DNA of 64,000 nucleotides from Octopus vulgaris (GCA_951406725.2 OX597823.1:70618001-70682000); one strand, 5' to 3'. Numbered from the stretch's first letter, positions 1 through 14,449 are shown. Translations and numbers: made by a program. The notes: generated from the letters alone by a model not told the origin.

Positions 1-1977
1 TCTTACGAACCAAATAGAAATTTCGCAAAACGAACAAAACACTTAAATTCACCTTCATGTTGTGTATGCAAAAGTATGTAAGTTCCTAAAGTCAAATCCA
101 CAAAGAATCAATTGGACATTAATAAGAAGGAATCAGATTCTTCTTTTCAAATAAATATTCGTCTGTAAGTTTGATGTTACGGGCTGTTACCTCAAAAATA
201 TTTCTAGTTTGCGCATTTAATATTAAATAAATAAATAAATAACGCGGTAGTAATGTAGACTGAACATTAATTATCAAGAATGCAACAATGAAGATGTTCA
301 AGCGTACCTAAGCGTACTGTACCTAAGCAGTCCTGATATTTACCAAAGATTCAAAGGACAAGAACGACAGAGAGTTGTTGATTACGTGTTCAATCTTTTT
401 GCGTGCCAATATTCGAAATATCGCATACATAAGGATGTGGAACTGAGGGCTGTATTGTTTGATATCAGTATCTTGTTAAGGAGTTATATGTGCAAGGGAT
501 GAAGTGGGACAAAATTTCTTACCTTTACAGCAAGAAATTTGGGAAAGTTGCAAGTTGGATTCAAATATAATTCGTAATAAGTTGTAATAAATTTCGTTAT
601 AACGATATTCTTTAATATTTCGTTTTTGGATTTGGTTTGCAAGATTCTTTATATGAGTTCGTGTGTTGAAAAGGTTGCAAGACGCAACGAAAATTTTAGG
701 GAAATAAAAATAACAAATCAGTGGAAATTTTACCGGTGAGTGTGTTACATTATAAGGCACAAAAAGAAAATGACTCTCCTCAGACACAACAAGATATTCT
801 TTAACATTGCTTCAAGAGGCTTGTGGCGAGGATTGAAAAAATTCGTTATACAGAGCAATGTTATAACAGTGTTCGTTACAAGGGAATTTCACTAGTGTGT
901 GTTCACACACACACACACACGCACACAGTGATGCGTGCGTGCATGCATGCATGAGTGCGCGTGTGTTGTTTCTGTTGAGGTTCTGAAAAAGGCATTCTGT
1001 AAAACTTAACGGTTGGCAAAGCGCAGAATATTAAATTCATATGAAGTAAACAGCAATAAGAAAATCTCAGCAACAGCGTCGCTTTATCAATGGAAAGCTA
1101 CATTTTGGTAAAGCAAGCAAGACGTCCTTTATTCCCCTTATTAACAGAATTATCCGACTTCAAAACGCGCTTTAGTCTTCGTTCGACTCACTGAACGAAG
1201 CGTCGGTTTAAGTGTATGTAAATGTTTCTCTCGTGCAGATGAACGCACACACATGAAAACGCACGCGAGCAGACATAGGGATACATCTATTCGTATACAT
1301 ACATACATACATACATACATACACATAAAGGAAAAGAATCACTTTCTATTGAAAGAACTGACCAGCTGCAAAGATGAAAACACATTTTTTCTTCTTTCTC
1401 TCTTCCTTCTTTCTTTCCTTCTCTTTTCCATTAACACTCTTTTCAGATACACAGATACCCATCCACCCACACACACGCACACATAAAGGATAAGAATGAT
1501 AAAAAGAAATCCAGACATTTTTTTTAAAAAAATAACATTTACCCCTCCCCCCTTGGAGTAGCCACCTGGTTTTGCCATTTTTAAAAGCCAAGAATCACTC
1601 TCTATTGAAAGAACTGACCAGCTGTATAAAAGTAAATACATTTTTTTCTTCTTTCTCTCTTCCTTCTTCCTTTCCTTCTCTTTTCCATTGACATTCCTTT
1701 CAGATACAAAGGCACACCCACACACACACCCACACACATACACCCCCACACACGCACTCTCACTTTCTCCACATTCCTCACCCTCTTTTACCATCTCATA
1801 TCTCTCTCCACCCCTACACACTCAATAATGCTATAAAAGGAGACAAATCTGATAAAATTGAATCTGAAGACTCCACTAGAGTGGACGCAAGCGCTAATAT
1901 ATGATTTATAAAAACATATGACATATCAATAAATATCTGTAAATATAAAACCATCCAGATTTCTGAGTACTTATTTC

Positions 1978-2003
<26 letters not shown>

Positions 2004-2008
<5 letters not shown>

Positions 2009-2220
2009 TGTATAGAGGGCATTATTATGATGTGTTCAGAATCAGTTCTGCTGAGGATCATAAGACGCAAGTTGAATGTGAAATCACGGTGATACAGAAC
2101 TAAATTCATTTTTTAAATGTCTTGCTTTGAAAAACTGCATTTGGGTATGATTAGTATAATTTTGGTAGTAATGACTTAGTGTGAGGCATTTATGTGTAAT
2201 AATGCCCTCTATACAATATA
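2004..2220. mobile_element. Short MITE-like element with 24-bp perfect terminal inverted repeats
   Basis: TATATTGTATAGAGGGCATTATTA (2004-2027) is the reverse complement of TAATAATGCCCTCTATACAATATA (2197-2220); left end abuts (TA)n. Confidence 0.6.
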
Positions 2221-2348
2221 GATATAATTAATTTGTTCAAAAGAAAAGAATTATTTTCGAATTCTTTTCTTTTATGAGGTTTTCACGCTAACTACCCGAT
2301 AATTTCTTGTTAAGATTCCTTATTAAGAGGTTATCCTTAATTGTTAAA

Positions 2349-2382
<34 letters not shown>

Positions 2383-2420
2383 CGCGCACACGTGTGTGCG
2401 CATGTGCGTATATATTATTT

Positions 2421-2692
2421 TATTCGTTTGTCATTTAACTGCGGTCATACTGGAGCACCGCCTTTAGTCGAACAATTCGACCACAGGACATATTCTTTGT
2501 AAGCATAGTACTTATTCTATCGGTCTCTTTTACCGAACCGCTAAGATATATATATACGACGAGCTTCTTTCAGTTTCCGTCTACCAGATCCACTCTTGGG
2601 GCTTTAGAAGACACTTGCCCAAGGTGGCACGCAGTGGGACTGAACCTGGAACCATGTGGTTGGGAAGCAAGCTTCTTAGCCACACCTGCGCC

Positions 2693-2694
<2 letters not shown>
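2421..2694 (-). mobile_element. tRNA-derived SINE family A (internally deleted copy)
   Basis: Minus-strand head with B box GGTTCAGTCCC and the same body/tail as copies at 15563, 40311, 56789 and 59693. Confidence 0.85.
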
Positions 2695-2750
<56 letters not shown>

Positions 2751-2810
2751 TAAATATCTATGTAGATATGTATTTGTATATATACGTGTATATATGTATG
2801 TGTGTGTGTG

Positions 2811-3703
2811 TTTTCAGAGGTCATGCACCAACCTACGCCCCAGAACCAGTATGTAAAACCAACTATTTCTGTCGAAAGGGAAACCCTGAAGGTTGTTAAG
2901 CTCACTATATCGGCAGCACACTCTCCAGATCTGTGAGCATTGACGATGAAGTCGACGCACGCATAGCAAAAGTGACTCACCTTTCGGGCAGCTACGTGTA
3001 TCAATGTGGGAGAGGAGAAGCGTTAGACTGGCTACCAATTCGAATATGTAGCAAACAGTTGTGCTGCATACGCTACTGCATGCCAGCGGAACTTGGACGG
3101 TTTGCGAACGCCACCCCAAACGGCTAAACCGCTTCCACTTGAACTCCCTGAGAGAGCTGCTTAATATCGCCTGGCAACACAAGGTTCCAGACAAAGGAGT
3201 CTTCTCTCGAGCTGTTATGCCAAGCATTCACACAGCTGAGTTGAGCACAAGTCAGGTGGGCAGGCCACCTTGTTCGAATGCCTAAAACACGACTTCCCAA
3301 ATGACTGACCTTTTTTGCAGCAAACTGGTGGAAGGCGAGCGCACGAAAGATGGACAGAAGAGGCGCTTCAAGGATACACTCAAAGCCCCACTGAAGTGCT
3401 TTGATATCAACCCTGACAACTGGTTAATGCGAGAAGAGGACCACCCTAACTTTCGAAGCTGCATCAGCAGAAATACCACCCCCTGTGAATAGAAAAGGAT
3501 TGCGCGGGCACAAAGAAAATGTGAACTATACAAGTCCAGAGCCAACTCTTTGCCTTCATTGTCAGCAGACCTCAAGTGCATGACCTACGGCAGAATCGTC
3601 TGAGCACATATCGGATTGATTGGCCACAGCTGGGCACACCATAACCCATCTTCTCCCTTGTGTTGTCCTGGGCTATCGTCGACAGGGGTGGACGAACCTT
3701 ATC

Positions 3704-3705
<2 letters not shown>
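2811..3705 (+). mobile_element. 5'-truncated, degenerate RTE-clade (BovB-like) LINE
   Basis: Fragments SIDDEVDARIAK, RLNRFHLNSLRELLNIAWQHKV, GQKRRFKDTLKA with frameshifts; ends in an (ATC)/(TATC)n tail. Confidence 0.8.
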
Positions 3706-3790
<85 letters not shown>

Positions 3791-4210
3791 CATCCATCCA
3801 TCCATCCGCCCATCCATCTGTCTGTCTATCTGTCTGTCTATAAACATGCATATTCACGACGTCTTCTGGTTTTGTACCCAAGTATGGCGCAGTTAGCCTA
3901 CCACTATGCGTTGGTAAAGGTAACTAACTGACTGTGAGGGTTCCATAACTATGGTTATGGTAAAAAAGAACAAAAAATGGGAAGTGACAAAAGAAAGAAA
4001 AAAGCAACTTTTGAAATGCTCCGCAGTAGGATCAAAAGTACAAATTTACGACGACTGTGAAATGAAATGCTTCCGTGGTTGGCTACCTGTTTTTGCATAC
4101 ATAGTGTGTGCGTAGGTGTGTGTGTATATTAATGCATGTGTGAATAGATACAAACACATTCATACATGCATACATACGCATACACCCTTACATACACATA
4201 CATACATGTA

Positions 4211-4255
<45 letters not shown>

Positions 4256-5420
4256 TAGCATTAAAGACCCGTCGTTGCCGGGTCATAGTGCTAGTGCATG
4301 TATATATGTGTATATATATGTGTACATATTACATGTACATCTATATATATACATCTACACATGAAATACAAAATACAAAGTTATATCTTAATATCGCTAG
4401 TGATAACAATACTCAAAATATATAACAGACTGGAATTGTTAGCCCGTCTCTTGTAATTTCGATCAATTGTATCTTGTCCTCCCTCTTGTATAGAAGTGTG
4501 GCTACAATCCAGCCTACCTCTACTTAAAATTTTTTTCCGGGACGTCCTACGTCCTAGATATAAAGGTAAAAATAAAATATTTCCACTTTGCAAGTTCGAG
4601 TCGAGTACTCCCTTGCACGCTCCATTGACTCGAACCTTGCTTCTATTGTGGCGAATTTATCACCTCTGATTAGATATCTTTCATAGTCGCACCAAGACAC
4701 TTTTCGAAGGTGCTTTCCTCCATGTGTTCAAATCTTTTTTTTCTACATTGTATACTTTATAGACAATAGTGTTTTCTTTAATTTAATTTTTTATTATCCA
4801 TCTGGACTATTCCATTTCTGCACGCTAATTTTATTTTTAATTTATTCCCATTCATGTGAAACCACTTATTCAAGTTCAAGTCATTGATGCAATTTTATAC
4901 CAATTGCTATTTTTACTTTTGTTATGTTACGATTATATTATACTTTAGTTTGATTTTAATTATTACTTACTACATATAATTCAATTGATATTATTATTTT
5001 TATTGTTAAAGTGAAAGTATCTGACATAAAATAGAGAAATGTTTTTGTTTCACTTTTAACACGTAATACTGAAATAGTGGAGAAGATATGATATTGCTAT
5101 GGGCTCGCTCTAGGCAAGAAGTTGAACATTTTTTGCCCATGAAACTACATGGACCCTAAGTAAGGCATGTGTAAAATTTGAATGAAATTGGTTGTGTAGT
5201 TCTCAAGTTTTAGGGAATCGTAGTGGAGAAGATATGATATTGCTGTGGGCTCGCCCTAGGCAAAAAGTTAAAATTATTTTTTGCCGATGACACTCCCCGG
5301 ACCCTAAGTAAGGCATGTGTAAAATTTGAAAGAAATTGGTTGTGTAGTTCTCAAGTTTTAGGGAAACAGACAGACATACAGACAGACAGACACACATTCT
5401 CAGTTTTATATATATAAAGA
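4256..5420 (-). mobile_element. Non-autonomous Helitron
   Basis: Minus strand starts TCTTTATATATAT and ends with GC hairpin CCCGGCAACGACGGG plus CTAG; internal ~145-bp tandem duplication at 5075-5365. Confidence 0.65.
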
Positions 5421-5427
5421 TATATAC

Positions 5428-7050
5428 TAGCAGAGATACCCGGCATTGCCCGTCTTATATGCAATTGAAGAACTAGACTTTTCTGTTATATTTCCTGTAA
5501 TGAACTGGAATACCTATGTTTCGAATTTCATCAAAATTGCAGATGAGGGTTATTTCCCTCTTTACACAGCCTAAAAAACAATTGTAATCGTGCCGCATGT
5601 ATTCCATGCGACTGATTTTTATGCGCATATTCCAAAATTCTAGTCTTATTGAACCTGTTAAAAAGATTTTGCTCCTGAAAAATGAAGGTCATGGAGCTCT
5701 AAAATGTGAGAGTTAAGGCCCCTGTTGGGGGTGGGCATCTTAATGTCAACCAGAGAAGTTGAATTGTTGAGAATCTTTTTATCATGGGTCTTATATCTAT
5801 TGTTTGAATTTTTTTGAAATGTTCACTGGGTTTGTAAAAGAGAGCAAAGCTACAGGAAACGAAAAGATGAATGATCACAATAAGTAGTCAGCTACTCTAC
5901 CCCAGTCGTTACCATTCCCAATATAGGATTCCTCACCATCCAGGTGACAGGCACAGCCGTAAGATGCATTACGAATCTATAGCAATTGAAAGGGCGTGAC
6001 CCAACTGAAATAAACATTAACAACTGTGTGACGTGAGGGCTAAGGAGAAATGAAAGTGTCACCTCTGGAGTTTGCAAATGACCACTATACTAATACGTAA
6101 CTGGACAGAATATATTTACAATCTATAAATGTCTTTGAATAACCATTCACTCATCTGGGAAGGTCTTGAAATCAATGTTACAATCTGCGGACTATGTGTG
6201 ACCCAGTGATAATAAAAAGACTGAAAGGAGGTCTGCAACTAAATAACTTTACTCAACACTTTGCAACTGAATCAGTGGAGGCAAAGATGCCTCTAATTTT
6301 CTTGACAATTTATGCAGTACATTGCAGAAATCACAATCTAAGTGTATGTCAAAGCAAACTCTTACACTGTTGTACCATTTAATTACAAATGATACTCATC
6401 TTTTATGCTCGGGTGACCCTACAGCTTCCAAGAGTACAACTGTTTTCGTTTTTGCTTAGATAAAATGACTAAATTGTGGGTGTTAAATTCCCATGGAGGG
6501 GTCTTTCTAACTTGTAAGAAGAGGAAATTTTATAGATATTTCTTCATTTTTGTCTAATATCTATGGTTAAAATTTCATCAACAGCAAAAATATATGAATT
6601 GTCATGGGGGTTATGGCCCTCATGCATAGAATATAATTTTCAAATTTCATAAAGATCCATTCAGTACTTTGACCCAGTTTTGGATCATAAAAGAAATGAT
6701 TAAAATTTGGGAGTTAAGGTCCCCGTTAGGGTGTCTTAGAATCCTCATGTGAAGTGGAAACTTTGAGAATACTTCTTGATATGTGTCAATTACCCATGGT
6801 TGAAATTTCATCAGCATCGAAAATTTATGAATTTTCATGGGGGGTCTGCCCCTTTTAAGCTATCTGAAATTCAAACCAAACATATTGCATTCAGTAATTT
6901 TGGTCCATGAAATTGTATGAAACACACAGCATTACCCTTCTCCCTAGGCTTGGATTTCTTGTTCCAAATTTCATTATGTCGGTGCAGCAGTTTCGAATGT
7001 CTAAGTAACACACGAACACACATAAGGACATTGACTTTGATATAATAGAT
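5428..7050 (-). mobile_element. Non-autonomous Helitron, tandem with the previous one
   Basis: Minus-strand 3' end CGGGCAATGCCGGG...GCTAG and 5' end TCTATTATATCAAAG; degenerate internal repeats. Confidence 0.6.
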
Positions 7051-7076
7051 ATGAATATGCCCAAATACATACATAC

Positions 7077-7124
<48 letters not shown>

Positions 7125-7144
7125 ATGCATGCATATATGTGTAC

Positions 7145-7218
<74 letters not shown>

Positions 7219-7393
7219 ATATATACATCTCTCTATATACATGTATATATATACATCTATATATATGCATGTAAATTTAAATATAAAGTAATAAGGGTGA
7301 AAAATTGAATATTAATTTCATTAGTATCAATTTAAAACCAATGGCGTAGCAGATTGAAAAGTCTGAAGTTTCAGAAAAAATTATATTACACAT

Positions 7394-7536
7394 ATATAAG
7401 AGGGATGACCTGTAAGTGGACATCCATTAAGCTAGAAGAATATCCGCTATGGTCTTACCATACCTTTGTTAGTGGTAAGACCATAGCAGATCTTCTAGCA
7501 TAATGGATGTCCACTTACAGGTCATCCCTCTTATAT
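7394..7536. repeat. Near-perfect inverted repeat (~65-bp arms, ~12-nt loop)
   Basis: ATATAAGAGGGATGACCTGTAAGTGGACATCCATTA...GCTATGGTCTTACCA is mirrored by TGGTAAGACCATAGC...TAATGGATGTCCACTTACAGGTCATCCCTCTTATAT. Confidence 0.9.
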
Positions 7537-7619
7537 GTATATATATACATGTATATATATACATTTATATATATACATTTGTGCAGATGCATACATACAT
7601 ACATACATATATACATACA

Positions 7620-7670
<51 letters not shown>

Positions 7671-7949
7671 ATAAGTATGCCTGTATATATGTGAGATAAA
7701 AGTTTCACTTTAATAGTTTCAGTATTAAAGTGAAATTATCTGACATTACAATAGAGAGATGTTATTGTTTCATTTTTGAATGCAAAATTTGAATTAAATT
7801 GGTTGTGTAGTTCTCAAGTTTTAGGCATTCACACAGACAGACAGACAGACACACATTCTCATCTTTATATATATAGATGTATTTATACCTACATACATAC
7901 ATACATACCTACATACATACATACATACATACATACATACATACATACA

Positions 7950-7981
<32 letters not shown>

Positions 7982-8044
7982 CATGTTCACAAACACACAC
8001 ATATTATTGATAGCTAGGCACGTGTGTGTATGTGTTAGTGCAAG

Positions 8045-8077
<33 letters not shown>

Positions 8078-8195
8078 ATGTATACACATATGCATAAGTA
8101 TATATGTATATATTCATACACTAGGTCAGACACACACACATACACTTGTACATTTATATATATGTAGGTATATACATATACATGCACATATATAT

Positions 8196-8230
<35 letters not shown>

Positions 8231-8730
8231 ATATATGTGATGTATATGTTTGTACTTACATATACGTACCTGCATATGTATGCATATACATACACACACA
8301 CACACATATATATATACATACATATATATATACATATATATACATACATACATATATATATATATACACAAAAATACACGCATATGCATATTTTTACCTC
8401 CCCCACACACGCACACACACTTATATGTATATATATGTATACATATAAAGTACAATCATGTACGCCCATATATATATATACATATATATATATATATGTA
8501 TTTTTATCTATATAACTATATATCTATATAAATATATTGTATACGTTAGTCTATTGCGTATCTCTGTCTGTCTATCAGTCTGTCTGTCTGTCTCTCTATC
8601 TATCTATCAATATGAATATGCATATACGTGCTTAGTATATATTTAGACACGTATGTGCAAATGTGTGTATAAATTCACATATTTGCGCATATATGTATAC
8701 CTTCAAATCTACACAAAAATTTGTTTGTTT

Positions 8731-8807
<77 letters not shown>

Positions 8808-8944
8808 CAACGGGCTTCTTTCAGTTTCTGTCAACCTAATCCACTCACAAGGCCTTGGTTGGGTTGAACGTATAGTAGAAGACACTTACCCAAAGTGACA
8901 CGCATGCTTGCATACATACATACATACATACATACATACATACA

Positions 8945-8980
<36 letters not shown>

Positions 8981-9130
8981 TATATATATGTGCATGTGTG
9001 CGTGTATGTATGTATGTGTGTGTGTTTCATTTGTTTATATAGAAATAATAAAATTGAATTGAATTTATCATTTATTGATTCAGTTATTTAATTATTCAAT
9101 TTATTATTTTGTCTCCATTACTAATCAATC

Positions 9131-9236
<106 letters not shown>

Positions 9237-9559
9237 TAAGTATATATAAGTATATAGTAAAGGAAGGTATATAATATCCAGGCAGATACCGCATTTCTCT
9301 ATTTAAAATGCCGAGAGTGGTTCCTTCAGAGTGTGCGTTTTATGGTAAATTCGTTTCAAACGATATTTATGAATAAACTAACTGGAAATGAACATAAAGT
9401 TTGAATGTTCAAATTCTTCATTCTCCTTGTGAAAGTTTAAAATGATATATACCTGTAAGGGTGGCAAAGTTCAGCTCTTGCCCGGGGCGTCAGCAATCCT
9501 AGAACCGGCCCGGCTCTCGCTCTCTCTCTCTCTCTCTCCCCCCTCTCTCTCTCTCTCCC

Positions 9560-9595
<36 letters not shown>

Positions 9596-9802
9596 TATCA
9601 AAGGGACGTGTTATGAAACTATACCGCACATACAATAACAGCCATACCAGCAATCCAGTATACGCCCATCATCAGCTGCCCCACGGATATCACTATGGTT
9701 TCGACCCCTGGACACACACACACACATGCATACATGCAAAAATACATATATATACATACATACATACATACATACATATACATATACGCATATATACATA
9801 TA

Positions 9803-10640
9803 CCTGAAGTCTTCTGCCAAATTCTTAGGTGGTCGAGTGAGCAGTTTGGATGTAGCCATCAAGATCCGAAAGGCACAAGCATGGACAACCCAGGTAAAAA
9901 AAAGTTACCTTCTCGTCTCATGTCAACTCATAAGTGCCGGTTTCCCGGTTTCGATAACGTATAAATCCCCACCTGGACGGGACACCGGTCCGTCGCAGGA
10001 TTACTCATTTTTGCCAGCAACGTGAAATGAAGTCTTTTGTTCAAGAACACAACGCCTCAGCCGGTTCAGGAATCGAAACCACAATCCTAGGATCATTAGT
10101 CCAACACTCTAACCACTAAACCACGTGCTTCCGCTCAAGGACAGCTTGTTATAAACTAAAGGTCTGGATCTCTAATTTACCCAGGCAAATCAAAATCAAG
10201 CTGTTCATTGCGACTGCCGAATTAGTGCTTATTACATGGCAGTGAAACGTGGACACTGACAAAGAAATGATCGAATGTGCTAAATGGATGCTACATAAGG
10301 ATGCTACGAATGGCCGTAAATGTGAAATGGCAGCAACATAAGACAGACGAATGACTTTATACAGAGACCTACGGAAAAGTAGTGAGAAGATCAGGTAAAG
10401 ATGGCTGCAACTATCTGGTCCCTGCCTGCGCCAACCTGAACTGGAGGCATCCAGTTTAGTCTTGTAGAACCCACTTCATGGTGATGTAGGAAGAGGAGAA
10501 CGTCGCCACCCCTACATCGACAATTTGATTGCAGACACTGGCCTGGAATGTATTTGGGACCTCGAGTCAGTGATGATGGACCGAGACGTGTGGCGAATAT
10601 ACTTTGTTGTTGCGGACCGGGTTAGAACCCCACAATTATA
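9803..10640 (+). mobile_element. Degenerate RTE-like LINE 3' part with a nested minus-strand SINE fragment (~9905-10135)
   Basis: Remnants of SVLLHGSETWTL, GCYIRMLRMA and the WQQH region; (AAT)n tail; nested piece has a B-box-like GGTTTCGATTCC. Confidence 0.7.
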
Positions 10641-10665
10641 ATAATAATAAAAATTCGTCTATCTA

Positions 10666-10770
<105 letters not shown>

Positions 10771-11015
10771 GTGCGTGTGTGCAGCTTGTTGCGTCTTGGG
10801 AAGGTCATTACGCCAATAAAAATAACAAAAGCACTGGTTCAGTATCACTTCTTTCTTGTTAGTCGATTTGGTTATCTAACCAACTAACTAATCGATAGCT
10901 TGTTTAAAGTTTTGGTTAAACAATTAATCACTGATCTTGTCAGTGACATGCTTCTTCTTATCAAGCTTTGCTTTCTGTACGTATGTATGCATGTGTGTGT
11001 GTGTGTGTGTGTGTA

Positions 11016-11046
<31 letters not shown>

Positions 11047-11272
11047 CTATATTTGTCAATTTCTGTGTGTGTTATATATATATGTATAAATATACTTGCA
11101 CAAATGCATGCATTCGGTAAACAAAAACTGACAAAAGAAGTACCAAGCTTTAAAAACATATTCTGTGATCAATTCATTCGACTAAAATTTCCTCAAAGCG
11201 TGCCCCAGAATGACAACAGTCTGATGACTAAAACAATTAAAAGCTAAAATGTGTTATACATACGTACGTACA

Positions 11273-11303
<31 letters not shown>

Positions 11304-11310
11304 CTCTCTC

Positions 11311-11438
<128 letters not shown>

Positions 11439-11467
11439 TGTATGTATATATATATATATACATATGT

Positions 11468-12606
11468 ATTTCTTTTTAGTTTCAGCTCAGAGCTGCGACC
11501 ATGCTGATGCACCGCCGTTTTGTGCTACTCTGTTATTACTAAGAGCCTTCTCTAATATGTGGCACTTGGTGAAGAATGGAGTTTGATATAGCTACCCTCA
11601 TTTGCACCTATTGCCGTGAGGTAGGTTCATCTGGGACTCTCGACAGGAAGAAGTCCGGCTGTGATTTAAAAACCTCTACATCTACTTTGTGCAAGTTCCT
11701 CAGATTCTTTGGGAGAATATTAAAAAAGCTGTGGGCCCTTGAAACCCAGGCTGTTGCAGTAGCCGGTCCTGAAGCGTGATGGCATTGCTGGGATCTTTGG
11801 CACTATGCAGTGTCGTCCCGTTCTAGCATTGGTGTAGCTTTCAATGCTAAAATTTGGCACAATTCCTTCCTGGATCTTCCAGATATATATTACTGCATAC
11901 CTCTCCCGTCTTCTTTCTAAGGAGTAGAGTCTTAGCTGTTTCAACATTTCCCAGTAGCTGAGCTGTTGCAAAGAGACGATCTTCTTTGTAAATCTTTTCT
12001 GTATTGCTTCAAGGTCCGCTGTTATTTTCACACTGGTGGGTGACCATAGCTGTGAGCAGTAATCCAGGCGGCTGAGGACGAATGTCCGCCAGAGGACCAT
12101 CATGGTTTCCTTATCTCTGGTTCTGAATGTTATTAGGACCCACCCAGCCAGTCGTCTGCACTTTGTCGCTACCCTGGTAATGTGCACTTGGAAAGAGGTA
12201 TCATCACTCATGTCGATACCCAGGTCCCTCACAGACTTAGGCTCTGGGATTGAAATTCCCTGAGGACCGGTGTACCCTGTAAGTTTAATATTCAGTTTTG
12301 GATGCCGGTAGCGCAGGGCCTGGAATTTTTCAGCATTAAACTGCATATTATTATCCTCAGCCCATCTGTAGATTGAGTCGAACTCCTACTGCAGGTGTGC
12401 AACATCGCTGGGGTTCTGTATTTTCTGCGAGACTTTCGTATCATCTTCATAGCTTGCCAGAGTGGCTATCCGGGCATTTGAGGGCATATCTGAGAGGGCC
12501 ACTATAAAAAGCTGTGGTCCCAAGACAGTGCCCTGTGGAACACCGCTCACTAATTGTGTGTTCATAGAGGTGGCTCCATTAACCACTACTGCCTGACTCC
12601 TGTCTT
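11468..12606 (-). mobile_element. CR1-group LINE, 5'-truncated, RT C-terminal half
   Basis: GVPQGTVLGPQLF, YEDDTK (YADD), MQFNAEKF, RDLG, LDYCSQLWSP, LYSLERRRER; structured 3' tail. Confidence 0.9.
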
Positions 12607-12609
12607 TCT

Positions 12610-12690
12610 ATATATATATTTATGTATACTTACTTATTTCATATGTGTATACACATATATGCATATAAGTTGTATGTATGTGGATGTGCA

Positions 12691-12767
<77 letters not shown>

Positions 12768-12932
12768 GTGTATCTATATCTCTATATCTGTGTCTTTATA
12801 TATATATATATATATAATGTGTGTGTGTATATATATTCCAACTATATATATATATATATAATATAATATAAGATATATATATATATGTATATGTATAATA
12901 TAATATAATATATATATATATGCATATATAAG

Positions 12933-12963
<31 letters not shown>

Positions 12964-12989
12964 CATATGTAAGATATATATATATATAC

Positions 12990-13042
<53 letters not shown>

Positions 13043-13083
13043 TATATAATATAATATAATAAGATATATATATATACATACAT

Positions 13084-13120
<37 letters not shown>

Positions 13121-13226
13121 CTTAAACATGTATATGCATATACATTTGCACAAATACGCGTACACACACATGTTTGTGTGTGTATATATATATAAATATA
13201 TATACAGACATATATAAATATATATG

Positions 13227-13306
<80 letters not shown>

Positions 13307-13930
13307 GATACAAATATGTTCGTGTGTGTTCGTGTGTGTTTGTATGTGTGTGTATACGTATGCATGTAAATATAGATATATATCCAAATCTATTAATAAA
13401 TGTATCAGACTCCTGCATGTATGTAAGAACGTGATGTGTCATGCGGTGCCTACTTCAAGACCTTACACGCATTCAGAGAGGCATGCGTGCCTATACATAC
13501 ACACAGAAAACACATGCCAGAAAACACACATTGAAATATATACGCGCACTCACACACATTGAAATATATACGCGCACTCGTGTGCGTACACGCATGTGTG
13601 AATGTGTGTGTGTGTATGTATGAGCGTGAGTGTATGTGTATATGTATTTGTGTATACGTGTGTGTTTGTGTGTGTTTGTGTGTGTGTGTGCGTGTGTGTA
13701 TGTGTTGGTGTGGACATATCTCAATAAATCTATATTGCCTTGGTTCATATTTTACAAATGTGTAGTTTTCTGGGGAATTACAGAGTAATTTTTCACTCAC
13801 CCCACATACACCTGCGTTCGTGTCTGTGTGTATGTACATGTTACTTGCGCGACGTGTGTGTGTGAGTGTGTGTGTGTGTGTATCTGTGTGTTTGTGTGTC
13901 TGTGTGTGTGTGTGAATGCATGTTTGTTTG
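12610..13930. repeat. Compound (TATC)n/(TA)n/(TG)n microsatellite field
   Basis: Directly visible simple repeats. Confidence 0.95.
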
Positions 13931-14449
13931 CGTGTGCGTGTACCTGTTTATCTATATATCTATGATATTTAGTTTCCTCAGCTCAATGAAGAATGGTGTA
14001 GAATCTTATACAATTATATACACCTGCAAATATGTATGTCAGAAAGATATACAGAAACTCAGCAATTGTACAACAAAATTTGTGAAAAAGTTACAAAGAA
14101 AGCAGATGATAGATTAAGGAGAGCATTAGTAGGAAAATCTTTAAACTTACTGGTCATTTAAGCAGTGGACTATTCTTGGCTGAAATAACTTTTGGGAAAT
14201 ATCTTCTGGTTAATGTTGCTATTTATTGGCTGATGTGTCTCTCTCTAGACAAACAATGCTCCAATAATTGTTGAAGAAGTTTGTAGCCAAAAGAAACAGT
14301 AGCAGCAGCAACTTTGTCAACGTCAGTAGGAGGAGACAACACTGATTATAGCAGTCGCAGCTTTACAACAGATGACTAAGTTAGGAATATGGGAGTTGTT
14401 AATAATGCCGACCCTATTGGTGATAGGATAGGATAGCTAATATATATAT

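Noticed and set aside
1154-1206. CCGAC...CTTCGTTC/GAACGAAG...GTCGG nested hairpin
   Set aside because: Short, with no recognisable ribozyme or ncRNA core; likely a repeat remnant.
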